A DNA stretch of 26,423 nt from Candidatus Eiseniibacteriota bacterium (GTDB lineage Bacteria > Arandabacterota > Arandabacteria > Arandabacterales > Arandabacteraceae): positions 1-26,423 of the forward strand of contig JAUVJV010000001.1 of NCBI GenBank assembly GCA_030592245.1, given 5' to 3'. This document shows positions 1-8,377 of this stretch, one piece after another. The notes beneath the pieces were generated by a model. It saw only the letters and a program-made list of their open reading frames with translations. It did no database searches and was not told the DNA's origin. Position 1 is the stretch's first letter, and each line of letters starts with the position of its first letter. The position numbers and the translations under genes are program-made.

Positions 1-2019
1 AAGCTCGTATCCAAATTCGAGCCTATGGGTGACCAGCCCCGGGCGATCGATGAACTGACCGAAGGCCTCAGGCTCGGAAGGAAGTGGCAGACCCTGCTCG
101 GCGTCACCGGGTCGGGGAAGACCTTCACCATGGCCAATGTGATCGCCAGGATCGGGCTGCCGACCCTCGTGATCTCGCACAATAAGACCCTCGCGGCCCA
201 ACTCTACGGCGAGTTTCGCAACTTCTTTCCCCAGAATGCGGTCGAGTTCTTCATAAGCTATTATGACTACTATCAGCCGGAGGCATATATCCCCTCGACC
301 GATACCTATATCGAAAAGGACGCATCGATCAATGAGAACATCGACAAGCTGAGACTCAGGGCGACCGCATCGGTGCTGGAGCGTCGGGACGTGGTGGTTG
401 TTGCCAGCGTGTCATGCATTTACGGCATCGGCTCGCCGGATGATTTCCGTGGAATGCTCCTAAGCCTGGAGAAGGGGCAGGCAACCCCGCGCGACCAGGT
501 CTTGAGACAGCTGGTCGACATACAGTACACGCGCAACGATTATGATTTCGTGCGCGGAACATTCCGCGTTCGCGGCGACACCGTGGAGGTTCTTCCCTCG
601 AGTGAAGAACACGCGGTGCGGATCGAGTTCTTCGGTGATGAGGTGATGCGTCTGTCGAACGTGGATCCCCTGACGGGCAACACCCTCCGTGAGAGGGAGA
701 GCGTCAACATCTACCCATCCAAGCATTTCGTGATGCCGTATAAGAGACTGGAGGCCGCGCTTCAGGATATTGAGATGGAGCTTAAGGACGTGCTGGAGGA
801 CCTGCGCGAGAAGGGCAAGCTGCTCGAGGCCCAGCGCATCGCCACCAGGACCCGTTACGATATCGAGATGCTCCGGGAGGTTGGCTACTGCCCGGGGATC
901 GAGAACTACTCGAGGCACCTGAGCGGCAGGGTCGAAGGCGAGCCGCCGTGCGCGCTGATCGACTATTTCCCCGATGACTTCCTGATGATCATCGATGAAT
1001 CGCATGTCACGCTTCCCCAGCTTCGGGGAATGTACGAGGGTGACAGGTCGAGGAAATCCACTCTGGTCAAGTACGGTTTCAGGCTGCCGTCGGCATTGGA
1101 CAACAGGCCGCTGCGCTTTCAGGAATTCGAGAGCAAGGTCAACCAGCTGGTTTACATCTCTGCGACGCCGTCGCCCTACGAGATAGAGAAGTGCGCTGGT
1201 GTAGTCGTGGAACAGATAATCAGGCCGACCGGGCTGGTCGATCCCGAGGTGGTGGTGAGACCGATCAAGAACCAGGTGGATGACCTGGTCGGCGAGATAA
1301 GGGTAGTCACGGCGCGCAAGGAGAGAGCGCTGGTGACCACGCTCACCAAGCGCATGTCGGAGGACCTCACCGAGTACTTGCTCTCACTGGAAATCCGGGC
1401 CCGTTACCTTCACTCTGACATTGGCGCAATAGAGCGCGTCGAGATCCTCAGGGGCCTGAGACTCTGTGAGTTTGACGTGATCGTCGGCATAAACCTGCTG
1501 CGTGAAGGCCTGGATCTGCCGGAGGTCTCCCTGGTGGCGGTGCTGGATGCCGACAAGGAGGGGTTCTTGAGATCGGAGACCTCGCTCATCCAGGTTTCCG
1601 GCAGGGCGGCCAGGAATGTCTCGGGTAAGGTCATCCTTTACGCGGACAAGATCACCGGCTCGATGGACCGGGCCATAAAGGAGACCGACAGGCGCCGTAG
1701 GAAGCAGGTTGCCTATAACAAGAAGCACGGGATCACTCCCCGCACGATCATAAAGACCGCGGAGGAGATTCTCCAGGCCACGTCGGTCGCTGACTCGCGC
1801 ATTGAGAAGGACGAGCCGCCCGAGGATACGTTCGAGAGCGAAAGCTACGAGGAAATGCTGGTTAAGGTCGAGGCCGAGATGCTGGAGGCCGCGAGAAATC
1901 TCGAGTTCGAGAAGGCCGCGTCCCTCCGTGACAGGATGGAGGACATCGTGGCGATGATCGCCATGAGCGGCATGCCTTCCCGGCGGATCAAGAAACGATC
2001 GAGGAAAGGAAGGCGGTAA
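1..2019 (+). CDS. uvrB: Excinuclease ABC subunit B (UvrB), 5'-partial
   Basis: The frame is open from base 1 ([13 protein letters not shown], a typical UvrB N-terminus), so the ATG at 25 is probably internal and the true start lies just upstream. Motifs: Walker [25 protein letters not shown]-terminal UVR coil ([15 protein letters not shown]). Confidence 0.98.
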   Translation, partial: KLVSKFEPMGDQPRAIDELTEGLRLGRKWQTLLGVTGSGKTFTMANVIARIGLPTLVISHNKTLAAQLYGEFRNFFPQNAVEFFISYYDYYQPEAYIPSTDTYIEKDASINENIDKLRLRATASVLERRDVVVVASVSCIYGIGSPDDFRGMLLSLEKGQATPRDQVLRQLVDIQYTRNDYDFVRGTFRVRGDTVEVLPSSEEHAVRIEFFGDEVMRLSNVDPLTGNTLRERESVNIYPSKHFVMPYKRLEAALQDIEMELKDVLEDLREKGKLLEAQRIATRTRYDIEMLREVGYCPGIENYSRHLSGRVEGEPPCALIDYFPDDFLMIIDESHVTLPQLRGMYEGDRSRKSTLVKYGFRLPSALDNRPLRFQEFESKVNQLVYISATPSPYEIEKCAGVVVEQIIRPTGLVDPEVVVRPIKNQVDDLVGEIRVVTARKERALVTTLTKRMSEDLTEYLLSLEIRARYLHSDIGAIERVEILRGLRLCEFDVIVGINLLREGLDLPEVSLVAVLDADKEGFLRSETSLIQVSGRAARNVSGKVILYADKITGSMDRAIKETDRRRRKQVAYNKKHGITPRTIIKTAEEILQATSVADSRIEKDEPPEDTFESESYEEMLVKVEAEMLEAARNLEFEKAASLRDRMEDIVAMIAMSGMPSRRIKKRSRKGRR

Positions 2020-2876
2020 TGAAGTTTCCATTCGAGGTCGAGCTCGACAAGAGGATTGTAAAGAAGCTGGTGCGCGAGGCCCTTCGGGAAGACCTGGGCG
2101 GAGGGGACGTGACAACCGATTCCACGGTGAGGGCCCGCAGCCGTACCGAGGCCAAACTCAGGCTGAAGGAACATGCGGTGATAGCCGGGCTCGATGTATT
2201 CGAGACCGTCTTCACCACCTTTGATCCGGGCGTAAGGGTTGCCTGGTCGATCAAAGAGGGCCGGACCCAGAAGCCGGGACGCCTCCTGGCAAGGGTGAGG
2301 GGGCGCACTCGTTCCATTCTCACTTGCGAGCGTCTCGCCTTGAATCTCCTCCAGCGCATGTCGGGCATCGCCACCGTGACGCGGCGCTTCGCCGACGAGG
2401 TCAGGGGAACCGGTGTCAGGGTGATCGACACCAGGAAGACGACCCCGGGCCTCAGGCTGCTTGAGAAATACGCCGTGCGAGTGGGAGGCGGGCTGAATCA
2501 CCGGTCGAGGCTTTCCGACCTGGCCCTGATAAAGGACAACCACATCGTGGCGGCCGGTGGAATTAGGGAAGCGGTGGAAGGGATACGGCGCCGGCGAGCC
2601 GGGGTCCCGGTCGAGGTGGAGGTGGGTCCCGATGTCGACCTTGAGGGACTTGAGGGGCTTGACATAGACATCATTATGCTGGACAACTGGCCGGTCAGGA
2701 AGCTCTCGCGGGCGATCCGGACGGTTAGAGGCCTGTCGTCGAGGCCCCTGGTCGAGGTCTCGGGAGGGATCCGGCTGGAGACCGCCAGGAAGATCGCGAT
2801 GTGCGGGCCGGATTTCATATCGGTGGGCTACCTTACCCACTCGGCTCAGGCGATCGACATCAGTCTCGACTTCTAA
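2019..2876 (+). CDS. nadC: Nicotinate-nucleotide diphosphorylase (quinolinate phosphoribosyltransferase)
   Basis: ALREDLGGGDVTT, CERLALNLLQRMSGIAT, DTRKTTPGLR, LIKDNH, EVSGGI motifs; TAATG overlap with uvrB. Confidence 0.96.
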   Translation: MKFPFEVELDKRIVKKLVREALREDLGGGDVTTDSTVRARSRTEAKLRLKEHAVIAGLDVFETVFTTFDPGVRVAWSIKEGRTQKPGRLLARVRGRTRSILTCERLALNLLQRMSGIATVTRRFADEVRGTGVRVIDTRKTTPGLRLLEKYAVRVGGGLNHRSRLSDLALIKDNHIVAAGGIREAVEGIRRRRAGVPVEVEVGPDVDLEGLEGLDIDIIMLDNWPVRKLSRAIRTVRGLSSRPLVEVSGGIRLETARKIAMCGPDFISVGYLTHSAQAIDISLDF

Positions 2877-2894
2877 CTCTCAAGTGGTCAATCT

Positions 2895-3881
2895 ATGGAT
2901 GAAACCGGCGATCTCGAAGTAAACATCATCTTGAACCTTAAGAAGGCGGAAAGGTATGTAACGGCCGGCGAGCTGAGTAAAGCCTGCAAGGTCACGGGCG
3001 GGCAGGTCTCCGACGCCGTCCGGGAGCTCTCGAGCAGGGGATACCGCATAGACCATGTTCCGGGCGAGGGCTACAGGCTGGTGAACACCCCGGATGGAAT
3101 AGACGGCGCGGACATAAGGAGCGGCCTCTACGGCAATGTCTTAGGAGGCGAGGTCTTCACTTTCGGGCGGGTCACTTCCACGAATGACATTGCCGTCTCC
3201 CTCGCGCGGGCCGGATCGCCCGAGGGTACCCTGGTGATCGCCGAGGAGCAGGCGCGCGGCAGGGGACGGCTCGGGCGGACCTGGTTTTCTCCGCCCGGGT
3301 GCGGCCTGTGGTTTTCGATTATCTTGCGTCCCAGCTTGAGCGCCGAGGGTTCATCGACCATCTCGCTGGCGGCTGCAGCCGGAGTGGCCGAGAGTCTTGA
3401 GGAGGCCCATGGAATCAAGGCGCAGATCAAATGGCCCAATGACGTTCAGGTCAGGGGAAAGAAGATATGTGGTATCCTCTCCGAGGCCGAGTTCATCGAC
3501 AACAGGGTGAGGTTTGTGGTCGTGGGTATCGGGATCAACGTGCTTACGGGGAAAGACGCTTTCCCCGATGATATCGCGGACATTGCCACGTCGGTCGCCA
3601 TCGAAACCGGCCGGCAGGTCTCGCGGACCGGCCTGCTGGGCCGTGTCGTGAATGCGATAGAGGAAAACTACATGGAACTGCGGGACAACGGATTCGACCG
3701 GGTCCGGAAGAAACTGCTCGGACGGTCGGCACTTATCGGCAGGATGACGAGAGTGAAGACGCCCAATGGCGTAGTCGAGGGAGTGGCCGCGGACATAGAC
3801 ATCACCGGAGCGCTGCTTCTTCGCAAGGAAAACGGTTCGACGGAGAGGCTGGTAGCCGGGGAAGTTATCGGAATACTCTAG
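2895..3881 (+). CDS. birA: Bifunctional biotin--protein ligase / repressor (N-terminal HTH, class II BirA)
   Basis: N-terminal HTH-like segment ending in GEGYRL, followed by STND, GRGRLGRTW, KWPNDV, KICGIL and GIGINV motifs. Confidence 0.95.
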   Translation: MDETGDLEVNIILNLKKAERYVTAGELSKACKVTGGQVSDAVRELSSRGYRIDHVPGEGYRLVNTPDGIDGADIRSGLYGNVLGGEVFTFGRVTSTNDIAVSLARAGSPEGTLVIAEEQARGRGRLGRTWFSPPGCGLWFSIILRPSLSAEGSSTISLAAAAGVAESLEEAHGIKAQIKWPNDVQVRGKKICGILSEAEFIDNRVRFVVVGIGINVLTGKDAFPDDIADIATSVAIETGRQVSRTGLLGRVVNAIEENYMELRDNGFDRVRKKLLGRSALIGRMTRVKTPNGVVEGVAADIDITGALLLRKENGSTERLVAGEVIGIL

Positions 3882-3890
3882 GAGGCAGGG

Positions 3891-4652
3891 ATGATCTTCT
3901 GCGCGGACTTGGGAAACACCACAGCGACGCTGGGGGTGCTGGACTCTCTCGAGACAAAGGGGTTCTGGAGGATCATGACCAGGGAAAGAACCGAGGAAGA
4001 GTATGGAGTGATCATCCGCTCCCTTCTTGAGCGCGCCGCCTTGAATGCCATGCCGGACAGGGCGGGTATCTGCTCGGTGGTTCCCTCTGAGACCGAAAGC
4101 CTGGCCGCCGCCATTGCATCCGTGCTCGGCGTCGAGGTCTCCAGGATCGACGGTGAGGGTGACTGGGGCATCAGCGTCCGCACCGACAACCCTTCCGAGG
4201 TGGGTGGGGACAGGGTGGCGAACGCGGTGGGCGCCTACTACCAGTACGGGGGACCCTGCATCATCGTGGATGCCGGCACCGCCACCACGTATGATTATGT
4301 TTCGGCGGATGGCGAATACTGCGGCGGCGTCATCGCCCCCGGTATCGGCTGCGGGGCGCGTGACCTGTGGACGCACACGAGGATGCTGCCTGCCGTGGAG
4401 ATCCGCAAGCCTGCCAGGGTGATCGGAAGGACCACGGTCGACTGCATGCAATCAGGGATATTCTATGGAACCGTCTCGCAGGTGGAAGGTGTGGTGAGGC
4501 GAATGTGGGACGAGCTGGGTGTGGAGTGCTCCGTCATTGTCACCGGTGGGCAGGCCGAGATGTTCCATGAAGCCCTGGGCTTCGAGTCGGTCTATGACCC
4601 GCATCTTACGCTCAAGGGGCTAGCCTATGCCGTCGATGCGGGGCTTCGCTAG
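3891..4652 (+). CDS. coaX: Type III pantothenate kinase
   Basis: DLGNTT, GGDRVAN, DAGTATT and GGVIAPG motifs; SD-like GGAGG upstream; the birA-coaX adjacency is a common arrangement. Confidence 0.94.
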   Translation: MIFCADLGNTTATLGVLDSLETKGFWRIMTRERTEEEYGVIIRSLLERAALNAMPDRAGICSVVPSETESLAAAIASVLGVEVSRIDGEGDWGISVRTDNPSEVGGDRVANAVGAYYQYGGPCIIVDAGTATTYDYVSADGEYCGGVIAPGIGCGARDLWTHTRMLPAVEIRKPARVIGRTTVDCMQSGIFYGTVSQVEGVVRRMWDELGVECSVIVTGGQAEMFHEALGFESVYDPHLTLKGLAYAVDAGLR

Positions 4653-4670
4653 GCCGGGCAGGCGATTAGA

Positions 4671-4742
4671 AATTCACAAAGCCGGGGTCAGGTACCGAAG
4701 TGTGAATTCACACTTCGGTACCTGACCCCGGCTTTGTGAATT
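4671..4742. repeat. Perfect 72-bp palindrome (36-bp arms, no spacer)
   Basis: AATTCACAAAGCCGGGGTCAGGTACCGAAGTGTGAA|TTCACACTTCGGTACCTGACCCCGGCTTTGTGAATT; all 36 pairs checked by hand; centre between 4706 and 4707. Confidence 0.98.
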
Positions 4743-4760
4743 CCGTTCTGGTGAATTCAC

Positions 4761-4789
4761 TTGCGTACACCGGGCGGGAGTTGTATCGT
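4761..4789 (+). promoter_or_regulatory. Putative sigma70-type promoter of groEL
   Basis: TTGCGT (4761-4766) - 17 nt - TATCGT (4784-4789), directly upstream of the CIRCE element. Confidence 0.6.
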
Positions 4790-4797
4790 TGGCATGG

Positions 4798-4824
4798 TTA
4801 GCAGTCAAGATGCGAGAGTGCCAG
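4798..4824 (+). promoter_or_regulatory. CIRCE element (HrcA operator)
   Basis: TTAGCAGTC-N9-GAGTGCCAG against consensus TTAGCACTC-N9-GAGTGCTAA (8/9 and 7/9 matches, exact 9-nt spacer), located between the promoter and the groEL SD. Confidence 0.88.
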
Positions 4825-4870
4825 ATGCCTGGCATATGATCCGCAGGGAAACCGGAGGAGGAAGTACAGA

Positions 4871-6457
4871 ATGGCCAAGCAGATTGAATTCAGTGGCGAT
4901 GCAAGAGCTCTGTTGAAGAGTGGGGCCGACGCGCTGGCGGCCGCCGTGAGCATAACCCTGGGGCCGAGAGGCAGAAACGTTGTTCTGGACAAGAAGTTCG
5001 GCTCGCCGGTGATCACCAACGATGGTGTGACGATTGCCAGGGAGATAGAGCTCAAGGACCCGTATGAGAACCTCGGTGCGCAGATGCTCAAGGAGGTGGC
5101 GAGCAAGACCCAGGATGCTGCCGGTGACGGCACCACGACGGCGACGGTACTGGCCCAGGCCTTGATCTTTCAGGGCCTTCGCAATGTCACCGCCGGGGCC
5201 AATCCGCTCGCGATGAAACGAGGGATGGACAAGGCGGTTGAGGCCGTCACGTCTGAGATCGGGAAAGCCGCGAAGCCCATAAGGACCCGTGAGGAGATCG
5301 CCCAGGTGGCGGCCATCTCGGCCAACAACGATCCGGAGATCGGCAAGATCATCGCCGACGCGATGGAGGAGGTTGGCAAGGAAGGCGTGATCACGGTGGA
5401 AGAGGCTAATACGCTTGAGACCACTCTCGAGGTGGTCGAGGGAATGCAGTTCGACCGCGGCTATCTTTCGCCTTACTTCGTGACCGACCCGGAGAAGATG
5501 ATCTGTACGTTCGAGGACTGCCTGATCCTGATATATGACAAGAAGATCAGCGTGATGAAGGATATGGTCCAGCTGCTGGAGAAGGTCGCCCAGGCCGGAC
5601 GGCCCCTCCTGGTGATTGCGGAGGATATCGAAGGTGAAGCGCTGGCCACGCTGGTGCTCAACAAATTGAAGGGCACCCTCAACTGCTGCGCGGTGAAAGC
5701 TCCCGGCTTCGGCGACAAGCGAAAGGCCATGCTCGAGGATATCGCCATCCTTACAGGCGGCAAGCTGATATCCGAAGATATGGGCTTCAAGCTCGAGAAC
5801 ACCGTTTTGGGAGATCTTGGTGTCGCGCGCAGGGTGACCCTGGACAAGGAGAACACCACCATCGTTGGCGGCAAGGGAAAGAAGGCCAAGATCTCGGCGA
5901 GGATCGGACAGCTGAGAAAGCAGATCGAGGCTTCGACTTCGGACTATGACCGCGAGAAGGTCCAGGAGAGACTGGCAAAGCTGGTCGGGGGAGTCGCTGT
6001 AATAAGGGTGGGCGCCACCACCGAGACCGAGATGAAGGAAAGAAAAGGGAGAGTCGAGGACGCACTGGCCGCTACCAGGTCTGCCGTGGAGGAAGGGGTC
6101 GTGCCCGGTGGTGGGGTCATGCTTATTCGTGCGATTCCGGCCGTGGAGAAGATGAAGCTCAAGGATGATGAGAGGATTGGCGCGGATGTCGTGGCCCGGG
6201 CTCTGGAGCAGCCGGCTCGCCTCATAGCCGAGAATTGCGGCATGGAAGGGTCGGTGGTGGTCGAGAAGATAAAAGCCCTGAAAGGCCCCAACGGTTTTGA
6301 CGCGCGGACGATGGAGTATGCGGACCTTGTCGCATCAGGCGTGCTGGACCCTGCCAAGGTGGTCAGGTCGGCGCTTCAGAATGCCGCCAGCGTCGCTTCA
6401 CTCATGCTGACAACCGAGGCCATCGTCACGGAGAAACCGGAGGAAGAAGAGGACTAG
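4871..6457 (+). CDS. groEL: Chaperonin GroEL (Cpn60), no adjacent groES, short acidic C-terminus
   Basis: [45 protein letters not shown] and GVVPGGG motifs; GGAGG SD; ends in EKPEEEED. Confidence 0.98.
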   Translation: MAKQIEFSGDARALLKSGADALAAAVSITLGPRGRNVVLDKKFGSPVITNDGVTIAREIELKDPYENLGAQMLKEVASKTQDAAGDGTTTATVLAQALIFQGLRNVTAGANPLAMKRGMDKAVEAVTSEIGKAAKPIRTREEIAQVAAISANNDPEIGKIIADAMEEVGKEGVITVEEANTLETTLEVVEGMQFDRGYLSPYFVTDPEKMICTFEDCLILIYDKKISVMKDMVQLLEKVAQAGRPLLVIAEDIEGEALATLVLNKLKGTLNCCAVKAPGFGDKRKAMLEDIAILTGGKLISEDMGFKLENTVLGDLGVARRVTLDKENTTIVGGKGKKAKISARIGQLRKQIEASTSDYDREKVQERLAKLVGGVAVIRVGATTETEMKERKGRVEDALAATRSAVEEGVVPGGGVMLIRAIPAVEKMKLKDDERIGADVVARALEQPARLIAENCGMEGSVVVEKIKALKGPNGFDARTMEYADLVASGVLDPAKVVRSALQNAASVASLMLTTEAIVTEKPEEEED

Positions 6458-6458
6458 A

Positions 6459-8324
6459 CCTGAAATAAGCGAGCCCGGCAATGATTATTGACTTCCAGAG
6501 GCCGCGGGGCACGGGGCGAGGCTTGAATCAGCATGCACGGCGACGAGGACGCCCGTTTTCTGTGTCCATCTGCCTTCAGCGGCGGCATTGTGCCCCAAAG
6601 TAGCCGAGGCGCAGTGAAAAGCGTCCGATTTTGCACAGACCTCTCCTGTCTTCGTTGGGTTTTCCATCGTTTTCCGGCTCCGGCTTCAGCCCATCAGGCG
6701 AATGTTGTTCGTCTGATGACCTCCCAAGCCGAGAAGAAGTCCTTCAGCCAGGCATTGTAGCCGAGCAAGCGATAGATGACCTTGCGTCCTCCTCGTACGA
6801 TCTGCACCGGCAGGAGGATCATCGCGTGCTGGAACCGTCGGAACTCCATTCGCAGCAACTCCGTACGCCGATCTTTGAAACGGACCATCATCGCGAACCA
6901 GGCTTTCAGGTTCCACGCCAGTGCCGCCATCACCATGTAAGCCCAGTTGCTCATGAGATTGTCCACAGGCATCCGCATGGCATTAACGCCGTTCTTCAAC
7001 TGCTCGATCACGTTCTCCTGATCACAACGCCCATTGGCCAACTCAACGACCTGGGCGGCGGTAAGGTCCTCACGGGTGGTGATGTAGAAGAAGTAGCGGA
7101 TCTCGTCGAATAGCGCCATCTCGCCCTTCTCGTGGCTGATGTTCTTGCGCAGCACAACGACACGGTAGTCGCGATTGCATTTGCCCGGCCGATATTGGAA
7201 CTCGGCCACATGCTCACTCTCAAGGCGGAGCGTCTCGAACTGTCTCTCAACGACAATCTTCGCCTTGACGTTCTCCGGACGCTCACGTTCCTGCGTCTTG
7301 ACCGTATACTTCGCCTTGCGTGTCAACGGCTTGTAATCGGCCTCATCCAGGGCTTCGGCGCGTTTGACCAGTGCCGAGAGAGCATCCATACCGAAGACGA
7401 AATCAACGATCTCAGCCCAACGATCAAAGTTCACCGTCAGAGAGAAGTCAGTATCCCCGCGCAACGTGATGCTCCGGGCGTGGGACCACACCAGATCAAT
7501 CGACTTGTCGATCCATTGGGCTGCTCCGGTGTGGCTCGGCACGTTACCCGGACGATTGACCAGGTAGAGCACTTCCTTGGTGTTCGCCAGGCTGACAATC
7601 AGGGGGTGGTAGCCCCAGACTCCCTTGTACGAGATCTCCATGCCTTGCTTGCACCGGCCGTGGGTCTCGGCCAGGGTGCCATCGATGTCGATCAAGGCAT
7701 CTTTCAACAGCTCCTTGCCCCGCCTCTTCCAGACCCGCTTGCGGCTCTTGTTGATGCATTCCATCAATCGCTCGATACTCGATGGGTCGAACCGCCGCGT
7801 GAAATCACCAGCCGTCGTTGGGTCCGGGATGCGATCGGCGCCCAGCGCATTCAAGAACACCTCGTCATTGCGCCGAAGATCGATGTCTTCCAGCCGCACG
7901 CCTCCCAGCAAAACGTTGTAAGCGATGTTCAGCACATGGTCCGACTCATGATACGGCGCATACAACTTCAGCAGACCCAACCGGCGGTCTAACTCCCGTA
8001 CCAACCCAAGGTTCTGCACCATCTGATGAATGGCACCTATCCCTCCGTAACTCATCCCCTGGGTCTTCTCTGCCATCTCGTAATGTATGTTGCTCGCCGC
8101 CATCGCCGGGCTGCCTTCACCGAGCGGATACACTCGCCTACGGCCCTCCAGGAGGTGTCTTATTCTTTCCTTGCGTTTCCGGATGATTCTGCGGTAGGAT
8201 CGACTCACTTGAAATGCCCTCCTTTATTGCTGTGTGTTTCTGATAACTCACACTCTACGCAATGCTGGAGGGTATTTCTAGTCTCTTTTCACTTTTCGAT
8301 GCTAAGGGGTTCGCTTGTATGAGG
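6459..8324 (-). mobile_element. IS1380-family insertion sequence, 1866 bp, apparently complete
   Basis: Imperfect terminal inverted repeats: CCTGAAATAAGCGAGCCC (6459-6476) versus CCTCATACAAGCGAACCC (reverse complement of 8307-8324), 14/18 matches, both starting with CC. Flanking direct repeat ACTAGA at 6453-6458 and 8325-8330. One long transposase ORF. Confidence 0.9.
6694..8208 (-). CDS. IS1380-family DDE transposase (504 aa)
   Basis: GTG start with AAGGAGG SD; [21 protein letters not shown] and [12 protein letters not shown] motifs give the D-D-E triad pattern typical of IS1380 transposases; no internal stop. Confidence 0.92.
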   Translation of the reverse strand: MSRSYRRIIRKRKERIRHLLEGRRRVYPLGEGSPAMAASNIHYEMAEKTQGMSYGGIGAIHQMVQNLGLVRELDRRLGLLKLYAPYHESDHVLNIAYNVLLGGVRLEDIDLRRNDEVFLNALGADRIPDPTTAGDFTRRFDPSSIERLMECINKSRKRVWKRRGKELLKDALIDIDGTLAETHGRCKQGMEISYKGVWGYHPLIVSLANTKEVLYLVNRPGNVPSHTGAAQWIDKSIDLVWSHARSITLRGDTDFSLTVNFDRWAEIVDFVFGMDALSALVKRAEALDEADYKPLTRKAKYTVKTQERERPENVKAKIVVERQFETLRLESEHVAEFQYRPGKCNRDYRVVVLRKNISHEKGEMALFDEIRYFFYITTREDLTAAQVVELANGRCDQENVIEQLKNGVNAMRMPVDNLMSNWAYMVMAALAWNLKAWFAMMVRFKDRRTELLRMEFRRFQHAMILLPVQIVRGGRKVIYRLLGYNAWLKDFFSAWEVIRRTTFA

Positions 8325-8377
8325 ACTAGAGGGCCAACCCTGATAATCAGGGGATGCTTTGACACTATAGACTTGTG

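Noticed and set aside
2019-4652. nadC-birA-coaX cofactor cluster
   Set aside because: This is a known, widespread gene order and not novel.
4671-4760. EcoRI (GAATTC) and KpnI (GGTACC) sites suggesting a synthetic polylinker or CRISPR repeat
   Set aside because: No vector sequence is nearby, the duplicated sites follow from the palindrome itself, and there are no unique spacers or cas genes.
4790-4803. TGGCATGG...GC resembling a sigma54 site upstream of groEL
   Set aside because: The GG-to-GC spacing is 8 nt rather than 10, and the sequence is explained by the CIRCE element.
8277-8330. TCTAGTC (8277-83) is an inverted copy of GACTAGA at the insertion junction
   Set aside because: Only 7 bp, with no mechanism to explain it; likely chance.
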